From the NCBI GenBank assembly GCA_964016885.1, contig OZ024743.1, positions 264,616,001 to 264,680,000 of the forward strand: a DNA stretch of 64,000 nt, in the 5' to 3' direction. Each line of letters starts with the position of its first letter. The stretch's first letter is position 1. The notes under the pieces were generated by a model. That model had not been told where the DNA came from and did no database searches. It was given only the letters and a program-made list of their open reading frames with translations. Position numbers and translations under genes: made by a program. This document shows positions 1 through 11,515 of this stretch, in pieces. Source of the DNA: Eledone cirrhosa (lineage: Eukaryota).

Positions 1-69
1 ACAATGGCTTTAAAAATGAGGCTGTTTGCATTATTGCAAACGAATCGAACAGTGGCCAATAAAGAAATC
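1..69 (+). mobile_element. 3' terminus of a Tx1-like non-LTR element (3' UTR differs from family A)
   Basis: Ends gtggccAATAAAgaaatc followed by (ATT)n, the same terminal motif as the family A ends at 14609 and 61589 (gtggttAATAAAgaaatc); upstream sequence differs. Confidence 0.55.
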
Positions 70-93
70 ATTATTATTAATATTATGATTATT

Positions 94-1039
94 GTTCTTT
101 GAGTCTCAGTCATTGATGTTAGTTAACTGGAAAGTTTGTTGAAATGGATATCAAGCGACCACCTGCAGCCTCAGATATTCAGGACGTATCGGAGGGTTCA
201 TGCTGCTCCCAGAAAGCATGCCTTTGAAGCGTTCCAAAAAGCGTGGCGGGGCCAATTTTCTTTAACCATCCCTGGAAACTTTTTGAGATAGTACCTAGTG
301 TGCCTATTACAATCGGGATCACTTAGACTTCATGGCAGTTCCAAATCCTTTTTACATCCCACTTTAAGTCCTGTTATCGGTTAATTTTCTCCCTTTCCTT
401 CTCTTGCACTCCCGTGTCGAATGGGCAGGCCACAACCACAATCAAGCAAGATCTTTTGTCCTTGTCCCAAACCACCAGGTCAGGTCTATTGTGTTCCAGC
501 TTCTTGTCCGTCTGTATCCTAAAATCCCACAGCACCTTCACCTGATCGTTTTCTATCACCGACTCTGGCTTATGCACATACCACTTCTCAGAATGTGATA
601 AATTGTTTACTTTGCACAGGTGCCAGTGGATCACCCTGCCCATCACATCATGTCTCCAGCCCTTATAGTGGGTCTGGGCTAGGTGTTTACACTCGGATAC
701 AATGTGAGCCACAGTCTTCTCTCTCTCTCCACAGATCCTGCACAGTGGGCTAGCCTCCTCCTTGTAAATATGGTGTTTCAAACACTTCGTTTTGATGGCC
801 TGCTCCTGCGCAGCCATTAACATTCCTTCTGTAGCCTTTTTAAGGTCTCCTCTTTTCAACCAGTTCCATGTCTTTGGATCTCTGAATTCAGTTTTCTCAA
901 AGAAGGCACCATGAAGGGATATTTCATGTAGGCTGCTCTTTCTCCTTGTTGTTATTTCCACCCTGGACATCCCCTGGTCTATTGTCCTCTCCTTCAGTAC
1001 AATTCTGAGCATTGGCTCCTTACTATCAGTCACGTATTT

Positions 1040-1041
<2 letters not shown>
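94..1041 (-). mobile_element. 5'-truncated R4/Dong-like RLE non-LTR retrotransposon, family D1
   Basis: ORF 374..1033 has CRICG..ETVAHIVSEC zinc knuckle, RHD, and LWDF.IQTD...NRPD restriction-like endonuclease motif; premature stop; ATT tracts on both sides. Confidence 0.9.

Positions 1042-1083
<42 letters not shown>
1042..1083. repeat. (ATT)n tract between D1 and Tx1 copy A1
   Basis: Direct reading. Confidence 0.95.
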
Positions 1084-1299
1084 GAATGCTATGGTTGACG
1101 GAGGCTCGGCTCTGTAAGGTATTGTAAATTTTGAACGCTATAACAATTGTAAATTGTTTAAAACTTTAACGAACTTGTAGACAAAAACACCCTCCTCCTC
1201 GTGAGAGGGGTCTTTCTGCCCGTTATTTGGCCCTTCGGGGTTAAATAACAGCTTATTGGGGTTTTGTGCCCAATATTTATTTTAAACAAAAAAAACAAC

Positions 1300-3364
1300 A
1301 TGGCTACGGAAAAGAATGTTCATAGGTCACTCCCACTCATTCCGTCTTTTTCTTCCTCAATCATCACTACAGCAGAGAGAAGATTGTCTCTCTCCATCCC
1401 TTCTTTAAATGTGTCTCTCTCCCTTCCTTCTCTTTCAAGCGACGACAGAAAAGAAAAGTCTCGTGCAAAGCGTGCAAGATTTCTCCACGACGACGACGAC
1501 AACGACGAAACAATTGTGCGGGAAATACGAAAACCCATTTCATTCGTCTGACGTCAGGAATAATAGCAGTAGCAGCCGTAATAACAACCACTCAACAGTG
1601 ACAAGGAAAACAACAGTAGCAGCCGCAACAGCATCACCAGCAACATAAACAACAACAGCATTAGCAGCAGCAACACCAACAACAACCACAGCAACAGCGG
1701 CGGAGGCAGTAGTCGTAGTACCTGCAGCAACAACAAAAGTAACAGCAGCTCTGACGACAACAACAACAACAGCAGCAAAGAAAAACCAATCTCATTTGCA
1801 GGTATTACGAAAAACCTGGAAACAATCCTCATAACAAATGAGCAATTAGAGGAAGCGAAAAAGATGGTGACAAAGACTGGACACCGAGCAATCTGTAAGG
1901 CAGCGGAACATTTTTTTGAAAATCAACAGCACTGTATGGTCACATACCGTACAGTAAGTACAAAATCCCGTAGGGTTGAAAGAGCCACAGAGGCTCAAAT
2001 ACAAAAAGCCTTGGGGTCTGTGTGGCAGCGGAAAACGCACATCACCGAGGCAAAAAATATGCCACCGTAGACGTACTTTTTTCCACACCCCAAGAGGCAA
2101 AGGCTCAATCCGTAGTGACCCTAAGGAGCGAGGAAATGGTGTTGGTGCCCTCCTACTGCGGGCAAAAAATTGTGAGGGTCAAACTGACCCACGTCCCCCC
2201 CGGGATGGCCCTTTTTGGCTGGCCGCGTCTGTCCTCGTCGGAATCGAGGACAAAACAACTGTACTGCAAGTACAGAAAAAAGTAAGAGAAGATTGGGTCG
2301 ACACCTCCAATGAGATGCTAATCCAAACCAACCAGGAGTGCATCGAAGCTATCCCGGATGTGATAGACTTCGACAACGGCACTCAACTGCCCATAAGTGT
2401 TGAGGGCAAACGCCCGAAATGCTTTCGCTGTGGATCGAAGACTCACCTCAGGGCCTTCTGCAATGAGAAAACCCCCCTTCTTCCGAAACCGGCTCCACAC
2501 TACCAGCAACAGGACAAGCGGCAACGAGGAACGATAGGTCCGTGGCACCCATACCCACGCCACGGAAATGAAAAACAGCAGCAGCAGTGGAAATATTAAC
2601 AACAACAACAGCAATACCAAATGCAGCTGCAACAGAGACTCCAGTGCAAACATCACCAACAACAACAAGTGAAAGAGTGGAGCTGGTACCCCTCCCCGAC
2701 CTCACAGAATCAGACTTGGAGTGTGAGGTGGGAGAGGGATGGCAAAAGGTCGTAAGAAGGCACAAAGGCAGAAGCAGCGCATCATGGGAAAGAAATGAGA
2801 AAAGGGTAAAGTCTACTGCAAAGAGTCTCACAGCAGCAACACCACCAACACCATCACCACCCACCCTAGCACTACCATCACCACCGGCGACAACCCCACC
2901 GCCAACAACAACTTCAACACCACCACCACAAGCACCAACATCGCAAACAACAACAAAACACACACACCCAGCAACAACGACAAGAAAATAGCAGAACCAC
3001 ACCCCACCCCCAGAAAAACAAATGCACGGCAATAAATACACACAACAAGAAACTAATGACTTACATAATTGAGCACACAGACATTTCACAACACGACTAC
3101 ATAATACCAGCACCAATCAAAACGCCAACTAACATAAGACTGCTAAAAATAGCACAGAAACAATACACAAACATTAAAACGAAATTCCCCAACGCAGTTG
3201 GTGATTTCAGAGACCTAGGAGGAACTATCAACCGAAGAGTATATTCGGACGTACTCATAGAAGAGCCGACGACCAGCCAAAGGGACGATGCAACGGTCCC
3301 TTCACCAGACGATCAAGTGAAAAGGGATGTAAAAACCATCCCTCCTCTACGAAAAGTACGGTAA
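1300..3364 (+). pseudogene. Tx1-like ORF1 (gag-like nucleic-acid-binding protein), frameshifted
   Basis: ATG at 1300; fragments include N/S-rich tract, RRM-like region, CFRCGSKTHLRAFC (CX2CX4HX4C), and P/T-rich tail. Confidence 0.85.
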
Positions 3365-3399
3365 GTGGTCTTTCCCATCTTTTCCACTCTATTTTAAAC

Positions 3400-6300
3400 A
3401 TGACCTCACTCAGAATAGGCAGCATAAATGCGCGTGACTTGGGGTCGTCATGGAAGCAGGGTCACCTGCTCAACGACCTCAGGTCACTAAACATAGATGT
3501 AGTGGCCATCAGCGAGACCAGAATCTCCGAAGCACGGGCCTTCGCACCGATCTTCGGCGGCTACGATGTGTACGCATCTCCCAGCCGTCCTGGATCGGGG
3601 GGGGGGGGGGGGGGGGTTGCTGTGCTTTTTCGGAGAGGTTTGGAACTCGCCATACGGGCCATCTTCCTGGACCCAGAGGGTAAGCTGGTGCTGCTGGACG
3701 TAACCAGCGGAGACGGGCAAGCTTTCAGGCTAGTGACCGTCTATGCCCCGACAGGAGCAGGGCGGTCTGATTTCTTCCGGCGTCTGGAGACTTTCTTGGA
3801 ACGTCCCGCTCTTTAGTGTTAGTGGGCGACTGGAACGGGATCTTAGATGCACGCTGGGACTGTGTGGGATTAGCGGATAGGGGTGGAGGGTACAAGAGCC
3901 TCACCAACCTGCTCAGGCGTTTTGAACTGTCTGACAGGTACCGATTGGATTTCCCGAATGTGCCAATGTGGACTTGGACAAATCGCATAGGGTCATCCAG
4001 ATCATATCTAGATAGAGTATTTTGTAGGGAAATTGATAGGTCTAGCATAGGCTGTCCGCAATTCAAGATAGTCAGCTACACGGAACACATATTCTTGATG
4101 TGTGCTTGACTTAGATAGGCTTCATAGACGAGGACCCGGCTACTGGAAGCTAAACGCGTCCTAACCAGCGCGCAAGGCCTGCATAGACCGGATTAGCAAA
4201 CTAGTTAAGCGGGCGTTGACGAGGGCCATCGTCAACAACAAGTGGTGGTTTACTCTGAAAAGAGCGATTAGAATAGAATCCATTAGGTTTAGTAAGGCTT
4301 TAGCAATAGAGAAAAATCGAGCAGAGGGAGAACTAGTTAGAAAATTAGACGAGCCGCTTAGCAAAGGCATTGCGACCGATGTGCTTACGGCGAAATTGGC
4401 CCTTGATCAATTCTTCAATGCAAAGCACGAAGGCTGCGTTGTCAGAGCAAGGGTGCGTGCTCTCAGACACGAGGGGACGAAAGCCGTTCAATGGGCCCGA
4501 GTGGCGGAGGCGCGTCGTGGCAACAAAGCCACGATCCGGTCTTTGGTGGACCACGACGGGCGCATGCTACTCGATCCCGGGCAAATGTGTGAAGCTTTTC
4601 AGCGACACTTCGCTCAGCTGTTCGGGGGCAGCGGTGGGCCGGGTCGAGGTATGGACATTAGTGTCTACCTCGACGGACTGCCGCGGCTCTCGGCCACTGA
4701 GGTGGAGTGTTGCGAAAAGCCGATAACAGCCGCTGAAGTAAGGGAGGCAATGACTGGCTGAACAAGGGGTAAATCGCCTAGTTTGGATGGTCTGCCCTAT
4801 GAACTTTACGTACAGATGTCAGACTTGTTCGGAGGCATCTTGGCGGACGTCTACTGCAACTGACAACAGAACGGAAAAATTCCCAGTTATGTGAGCCAAG
4901 GAGCGGTGGCACTGCTGAGAAAGGATCCGAACAAGGGGCATAACATAGATAATTTCCGGCCCATAACTCTGCTAAACACAGAGTTCAAGATTTTGGCCAA
5001 GGTGCTAGCAAAGAGGTTGGCGCTTGTCGTTGGTGGTCTGGTGGGAGAGGCGCAGACATGGCCATTCCCGACAGATCCATCCACGACAACCTCCACCACA
5101 TGCGATACATCATAGAGAGGGTAGCTAGGGAACCTGGCACGGGTGGGTCCTTGATCAATTTAGATCAGTCGAAAGCTTTCGATAGGGACGACCATCGTTA
5201 CCTAGCGGCAGTCCTGAGGGCGGCTGGCTTTGGGCCCGTCTTCAGAGGCTGGATCGCTGCCATGCACAGCGACATCTGCTCTGTGGTGAGAGTGAACGGT
5301 CACCTGTCGGAACCGTTCAACATCATGCGCTCGGTCCGCCAAGGATGTCCCCTCTCGTCCCTCTTGTACGTATTGACTTTTGAGCCATTACTGCATAAAC
5401 TGGAGACGTTGAGGAGCGTCCCGCGCGAACTAGGATGCGGAAGATCCGTGTCAGCATATGCGGACGATGTCGCCGTAGTGGTGTCGAACGCCAAACACAG
5501 CGAGGCGATCGGCACTACACTAAGAGAATACGAAGCGGTGACAGGAGCAATGATCAACCAGGAAAAGTCAGTGGGCCTGCAGCTCGGTACCTGGAGAGGC
5601 AGGTCCATGCCGTCCAACAGCGTCGTCGGATGCTGGACGGACGGACCGGTTAAATTGCTAGGGGTCTGGTTCGGTCCGGACCTCCAGACGGACAAAAGCT
5701 GGGACGAGGTGACGAGCAGGGTGGCTTCTTTCACCCATAAATGGGCGGAGAGGAAGCTAACCCTGAAAGGTCGAGCGGAGGTGGCTAACGCGTACATCGC
5801 GTCTGTCATCTGCTACCGCCTGACCGTCGTACCTTGTCCTAAGCCCCGCCTGACTGCGCTGGAGCGTTTGCTCTTTCGCTTTATGTGGAAGGGACGTGCT
5901 CCGATGGTCAGGCGGTCCATCTGTTGTCAACACCCGCTACGTGGAGGGCTGGGCATGCCGTGGGTGATGATGCGCAGGCACGCGCTCAGGCTACGACATC
6001 TTCAACTCTTCCTCGACGGTGATCAGGTGTGGTCGCCGTTTGCTAGACACGTATTTCCCCAGCTCGTTTCCTTGACGGAGCTGCAGTCCTGGGTCAAGCG
6101 AAGACCGAGAGGGAGCGCCTGGAGAATAGAATGTCTTCAGGCGCTCACAGCCCTCGACCAATCGGGCAATGTGATGGGTGGAAACTCCACCTCGGCGTTC
6201 TATAGAGGATTAGTGGAGGGGAAAAGCGACGACGTACTTGTGGAAACTCTAGGCGTCGACGAAAATCAACTAGCCAATCTCTTCGGAAGAACTTTCGGGC

Positions 6301-6812
6301 CGGGGCCTATGGACAACTTCCAGAAATCTTTGGCCTGGCAGTGCTACCGAGGAGCCTTGCCAGTTCGGGATAAACTCTACAGGCATGGAGGTGCCGTCAG
6401 CCGGGCATGTCCGAGATGCGCGCAGGGCGACGAAACCGTCCTGCACGCACTCGTCCAGTGTCCGAAAATTGCTGACTTGTGGGTTTATGTCGAACACCTG
6501 CTGTCGCGTTTAGGACGGATCCGGCTATCATCTGAGGCCATCGTGAGGATTGCCCCGCCCTCCTCCTTTAGCCGGGAAGGGCAGGCAGTTTTTATCTGTC
6601 TGGTGGCCATGGCGAAAGTGCTAGTATGGTGGCCACGTTTGAGAGGGCTGAAGACGACCACTTATGCTCTGATTGACTTTTTCAAATTTCATTTGAAAAG
6701 GAAAATCAGAGTAGAGAGGGAAGTGCTTTCTTCCCAGCATTTTCTTGAAAGATGGGTGAGAGAAGCAAGAATGGCCCGAGTGAATGGGCCTACTCTGAGT
6801 ATATATCTGTAA
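3400..6812 (+). pseudogene. Tx1-like ORF2 (APE endonuclease, reverse transcriptase, zinc finger), disrupted
   Basis: SINAR, ISET, VYAP, GDWN, YLDR endonuclease motifs; FRPITLL, DQSKAFDR, QGCPLS, YADD; CPRC..ETVLHALVQC; several stops and frameshifts. Confidence 0.92.
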
Positions 6813-7080
6813 ATTAAAGGTGGAAAACTGGGAGAGGGCACTACCTTGGTGGTCAGGGTCATTGTGGTCTTTTAATGGGCTTTCTCAACAAATGTCCCTC
6901 GGAAGTCTCCCCCCTATTGGGGAATTTTTCATTGTTATTTTTTGTTACATCCTCTGTTTTTGTTTTTTACACGCAGAAATGCCCATTTGTACCGTCAGGT
7001 ATTGTCCTGCACTGTCCTTAATGTCTACTTTATGTAAACCCTTGCGTTTAATAAAGAAATCATTATTATTATTATTATTA

Positions 7081-10000
7081 CAGTTGCATTTATCTTGCTT
7101 TATGTTCATACGAGTTATCACCAAGTCACAACCAGTGACCTCAAGAGACAACAAGGTCCGCCATGTTCAAGAAAGAACGTACATATTCACACATGCATCT
7201 TTAGTGTTTAGACTTGTGATGTACTTATATTGACAGAATCTTCCTTAGTATATGGGCAGTTCCCATTAGTACTATCTTTTGTATTTCTCCTATACGCGTG
7301 TTTCCTAGGATTTGCGATATGTAATCATTAGACCCCTTAGGTATCATTCCCAGAGCGCCTACAACCACTGGTATTGTTTTAGTTCTCAATTTCCACATTT
7401 TTCCAATTTCTATCTCCAGGTCCTTATACTTGCTCAATTTTTCAAATGTTTTTATAGATACATTCTTGTCTATTGGAACAGACATATCAATTAGCAGGCA
7501 TACCCTCTTTTGAAAGTCTTTCAATATTATATCAGGTCTGTTTGCATCTATTTTTCGGTCTGTTTGGATGCTAAAGTTCCACAAGATTGAGATGTGATCT
7601 TTTTCAAGTATGGGAGGTGGTTGATGCTCCCACCAATTCTTTTGATGGGGCAGGTCAAAATGCTTACACATTATCCAATGTATGTATTGTGCAGCTCTGT
7701 CATGCCTGTTTAGGTATTCGGTTGGAGCTATAGGACTGCACATTGAAATTATATTGTCAATGGTCTCTGGTTGTTTTTTTGCATACACGGCATAATGGGC
7801 TGCACCCATTTTTTATTATGTTGGCTTGGTAATTTTTTGTTGGCAGACACTGATCTTGTGCCGATATAATCAGACCTTCAGTCTCCGATTTCAGTCCAGA
7901 GGATGCCAACCACTGATGGGTTAAAGTTTTGTCAACATCAGGATTGTTAGCTCGCTCTGGGTATTTTCCATACAGAGGCTTTTCTTGCCATTTCTTAGCC
8001 AGTTTCTGTAGCAGTTCTTTCTTTGCAGTTACTTTTACCTGCTTTGCTTTTTCTGTGTTTTCCATTTCAGCAGTAAATGGGACTTCTGAAATTTGTAGTC
8101 CATTACTGTATCTTTGTGCATCTTTTGTAATGGAATATGATCCTTTGATGCTTTCGTGTTTCAAAACGAGTTTGATCATCCAATCATGTGATTCCCTTAG
8201 ATATGTAGATAATCCAATTGTTGCAGTTTTCAACGCAAAGTCTAACTGGATTAACCCACGTCCTCCTTCTTTCCTGGGGAGATATATTCTATCTATATCT
8301 GCTTTAGGGTGATGCATTCTGTGCATGGTTAAGAATTTTCGAATTTTTGTATCGAGCCTACGGATCTCTGTGCTTGACCAGTTGATGACATTGTAACTGT
8401 AGGTTACTACTGGTATGGCAAGCGTGTTTATGGCATCGATCCTATTCCTTGCATTCAATTCCGTTCTTAAGATTGCTCTTACTCTGCGGTAACATTCCTT
8501 CCTTATCCTTTCCCTCATTGTCGAGTGCTTGATTCCGTCTCCTTCACAAACACCTAGATATTTGTAAGTTTTTTCTTGATCAAGTTCTCTTATCACGTTC
8601 CCCCGATCAAGATTAATGTCTGAACTCTTCAGCAGCTTTCCTCTGGTGAACGTTGCTTTGGCGCATTTATCTAGTCCAAACTCCATTTTAATGTCACCAC
8701 TGAACTGCTTCACAGTGGATAATAGCCCTTGCAATTGTTCATCATTTTTTGCAAATAGTTTCAGGTCATCCATGTAGAACAGGTGATTAATGTTTTATCA
8801 TAGACTTTATATCCATGTTTTGTTTCATTGAGCATTTTACTTAATGGTATAAGTGCGATGCAGAATAAAAGCGGTGATAAAGAGTCAACCTGAAAAATTC
8901 CACAATTAATATTAACTTCTCCAGCTTCCAGTGATTTTGTTTCACTATTCAAAAGGAGTGTCGTTTTCCATGTCTTTATACTGAATGACAAAAACCTCCT
9001 GACAACGGGGGATACTTTGAAAATCTCTAAACATTTTTCAATCCAACTGTGTGGCAAACTATCAAATGCTTTTTTATAATCTATCCAAGCAATCGATAGA
9101 TTTTTGTGTCTATTATGACAATCTTCCAGTATCATTTTGTTAACCAGAAGCTGATCCTTACAGCCATATGAGCCTCGTTTACACCCTTTCTGCTCAATGG
9201 GAAATAGGTCATTTGTTATCAGGTGGTCATATGTGTATTCAGTTAGGACTGATGTTAAAATTTTATACATTGTGGTCAAGCAAGTTATCGGTCTGTAATT
9301 TTTGGGATTGTTTGTCTCATCATTCTTCGGAAGCAGGAATGTAATGCCGTTAACTAGCCATGAAGGTATCTTTTCTGGCTCCTTAACTATTTCATTGTAA
9401 AGTTGGGCTAACAGCTCATGAGACTCTGTGAAGGCATTTATCCAAAAGTTTTGTATTTTGTCTTTTCCTGGGGATTTCCATTTGCTGGTTTTTCTTAGAG
9501 CCAAGCGCAACTGTTCAACTGTTATATTTTCCCATGTTTGTTCCTCAAGGTGAGCTGTATCTTTCATTTGTCTGTCTATCCATGGGGCATGTATGTTATG
9601 AACTTTTTCTTCGGCCCAGATCTTTTCCCAGAATTATTGCACTTCCTCCTTGGGTGGTATTGATTTAGCAGTTATTGTTGACTTACCAATTTTTCTGTAG
9701 AAGTTTCTTTGGTTGTTTTTGAACATATTATTGTCCTTATAGAATCTAGATCGTTTTTCAAAGCGCCTTATACGAGCAGCTTTGGCCGTCACTTTTTGCT
9801 TGATTATTACTATCAGCATGTCTATGTCACATGTTGATTCTATACTGTACTTTTTTTTCAATTTTCTAAGTTTAGTTTGTTTAACATGTTCACATACTTT
9901 ATAGTTTGTTAAAATTTCTATGTCAGATCGGAGAAGGTTTATTTGGCGATTGATGTTCTCTTGCCAAGTAGATTTCTTGTGGGAATTCCTTTGTTTTTTC

Positions 10001-11040
10001 ATCTTCACTCCACATAAGTGAGTGGTGACTTTAGCCGATGCATAATAGAGATGATTTAAATCAGTAATGTTTAGTTTGTTTGTGATGATAATGTTTTTGA
10101 GAATTATGTTAGTCTTGTGTATTATCTTTTGGTTCTGTTTGGAGTTCTGGATCTTAGGGAGGGTGTCTCGTTGCCCCATGTCAGATTCTTTCATTTTCAT
10201 CCATTCGATCATAATTTCATCCTTCAAGTTGGCAAGTTCATTCTCATTCATTTCTTTATCATTTACGATCTCATTATTTTCATTTGGAGTTTCATCCTGA
10301 GCATGCACTCCCTCCACTTTTTCGATCCTTTCTTTAATTTGTTCTGTTGCCAGTGATTCCGCTCCAACCCTGGGATTCGAAGTGTTACAGTTTACCTCGT
10401 TTGCACTGACACATGTTTCATTTTCCCTTCGCTGACTTTGTGCTAATAGCTTGATCTGATCAATTTCTATATCAGTTAGTAACTTTTTTTTTACAATATT
10501 TCTTCGTATATTGGTTAGTTTGTTACTGTCAATATAGCCTCTGTTTTCGGGATGTTTCTTTTTCCAGTTGATATATGTCTGTTCTGTATTCGATGTATTT
10601 GATGGGTAGTACATGGCAGTGTAGAAAGCCTCAAGGACTTCTTTATTATCTTCCCTTGACCATTTTTCTCTCTTTTTCTTTGGATTTCTTGGTGGTGAGC
10701 ATGGAGGGCCAACAGTAGGAGTATTCCGGTTATGGGAGGTCTCCAGCTCCGAAGTGATGGGAAGGTTTGAACCATTAGCTGATTTTTCGACCCCAGTATG
10801 GTTCCTCTCTGAGGGACGCGGCCCATTTTTACCCGGGTTGCGGCCGATCCGGTATGAGATTTTATCATTAGACATTTACTTTATTTTTTCGCGTTTTATC
10901 CTTATCCGCCAAGGGGTAATCATTTCGTGTTACCACTTCTAGAACGAGTGTCAACCAAGACTAGAGGGGTCGTTCTCCCCTAGAGACACGGCTATTCACC
11001 GCCGACCGCCATCCCGGTATTTCTTGTTCACGGGGTTTTC
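7081..11040 (-). mobile_element. Near full-length R4/Dong-like RLE retrotransposon, family D2 copy 1
   Basis: Single long ORF in four pieces; 3' end abuts (TAA)n; 5' boundary approximate. Confidence 0.92.
7225..10875 (-). pseudogene. D2 ORF: RT plus CCHC plus restriction-like endonuclease
   Basis: NYRPITCL, WIDYKKAFDS, GIFQVDSLSPLLF, HLFYMDDLKL, CRVC..HIISMC, RHD, NRPD..D..K; one stop and two frameshifts. Confidence 0.9.
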
Positions 11041-11119
11041 TTTTTGTTGTTTTTTTTTATTGTTATTATCATGAGTGGTTCCTTAATGTGAGCATTGCGT
11101 GGCTTAAGAATGAAATTAT

Positions 11120-11172
11120 TAATAACTGTCTCCACTCCAGGCACAAGGCCAGCAATCACACAGTGCATTACA
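11120..11172 (-). mobile_element. 3' fragment of tRNA-SINE family 1
   Basis: ggcacaaggccagcaat..cagtgcattac matches the SINE tail at 19596-19650. Confidence 0.6.
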
Positions 11173-11515
11173 ATAATATAATATTCTTTTTGTTGTAGTT
11201 GGCTGTTATTGTTGTTGGCTATGTCGGTGGTGGTGCCGGGGCTTTTTATATTGTTGGTGAGGAAGGGGTGAGCCAGCAGTCCCATAGTTGTTGACTAAAT
11301 CAATCTATTTATATCTTTTGCTAGCCTCTCCCTTGTCTAGTGATACCGCCACCTTCCCCTTTCTCTCTCAAGTTAACAGGGGAATAGTGGTGGTAGCATT
11401 GAAGGAGTGGTGGCGGCGGGGAGATGTGGGAGACAGTAGTGGCGGTATCGATACTGAGACAGTGGTGGTGGTGATGTCGATACCGAGGCAGTGGTGGTGG
11501 TTATTATTATTATTA

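Larger units (their letters stand above)
1084..7061 (+). mobile_element. Full-length, defective L1/Tx1-like non-LTR retrotransposon, family A copy 1
   Basis: 5' UTR, ORF1 with CCHC knuckle, ORF2 with APE, RT and C-terminal zinc finger, AATAAA and (ATT)n tail; same 5' start (gaatgctatgg) as copy at 56187. Confidence 0.95.

Noticed and set aside
11288-11515. N-terminal 76 aa of the 1019-aa ORF as a real leader or membrane domain
   Set aside because: It is flank and (TTA)n read-through; homology to the element starts at 11516
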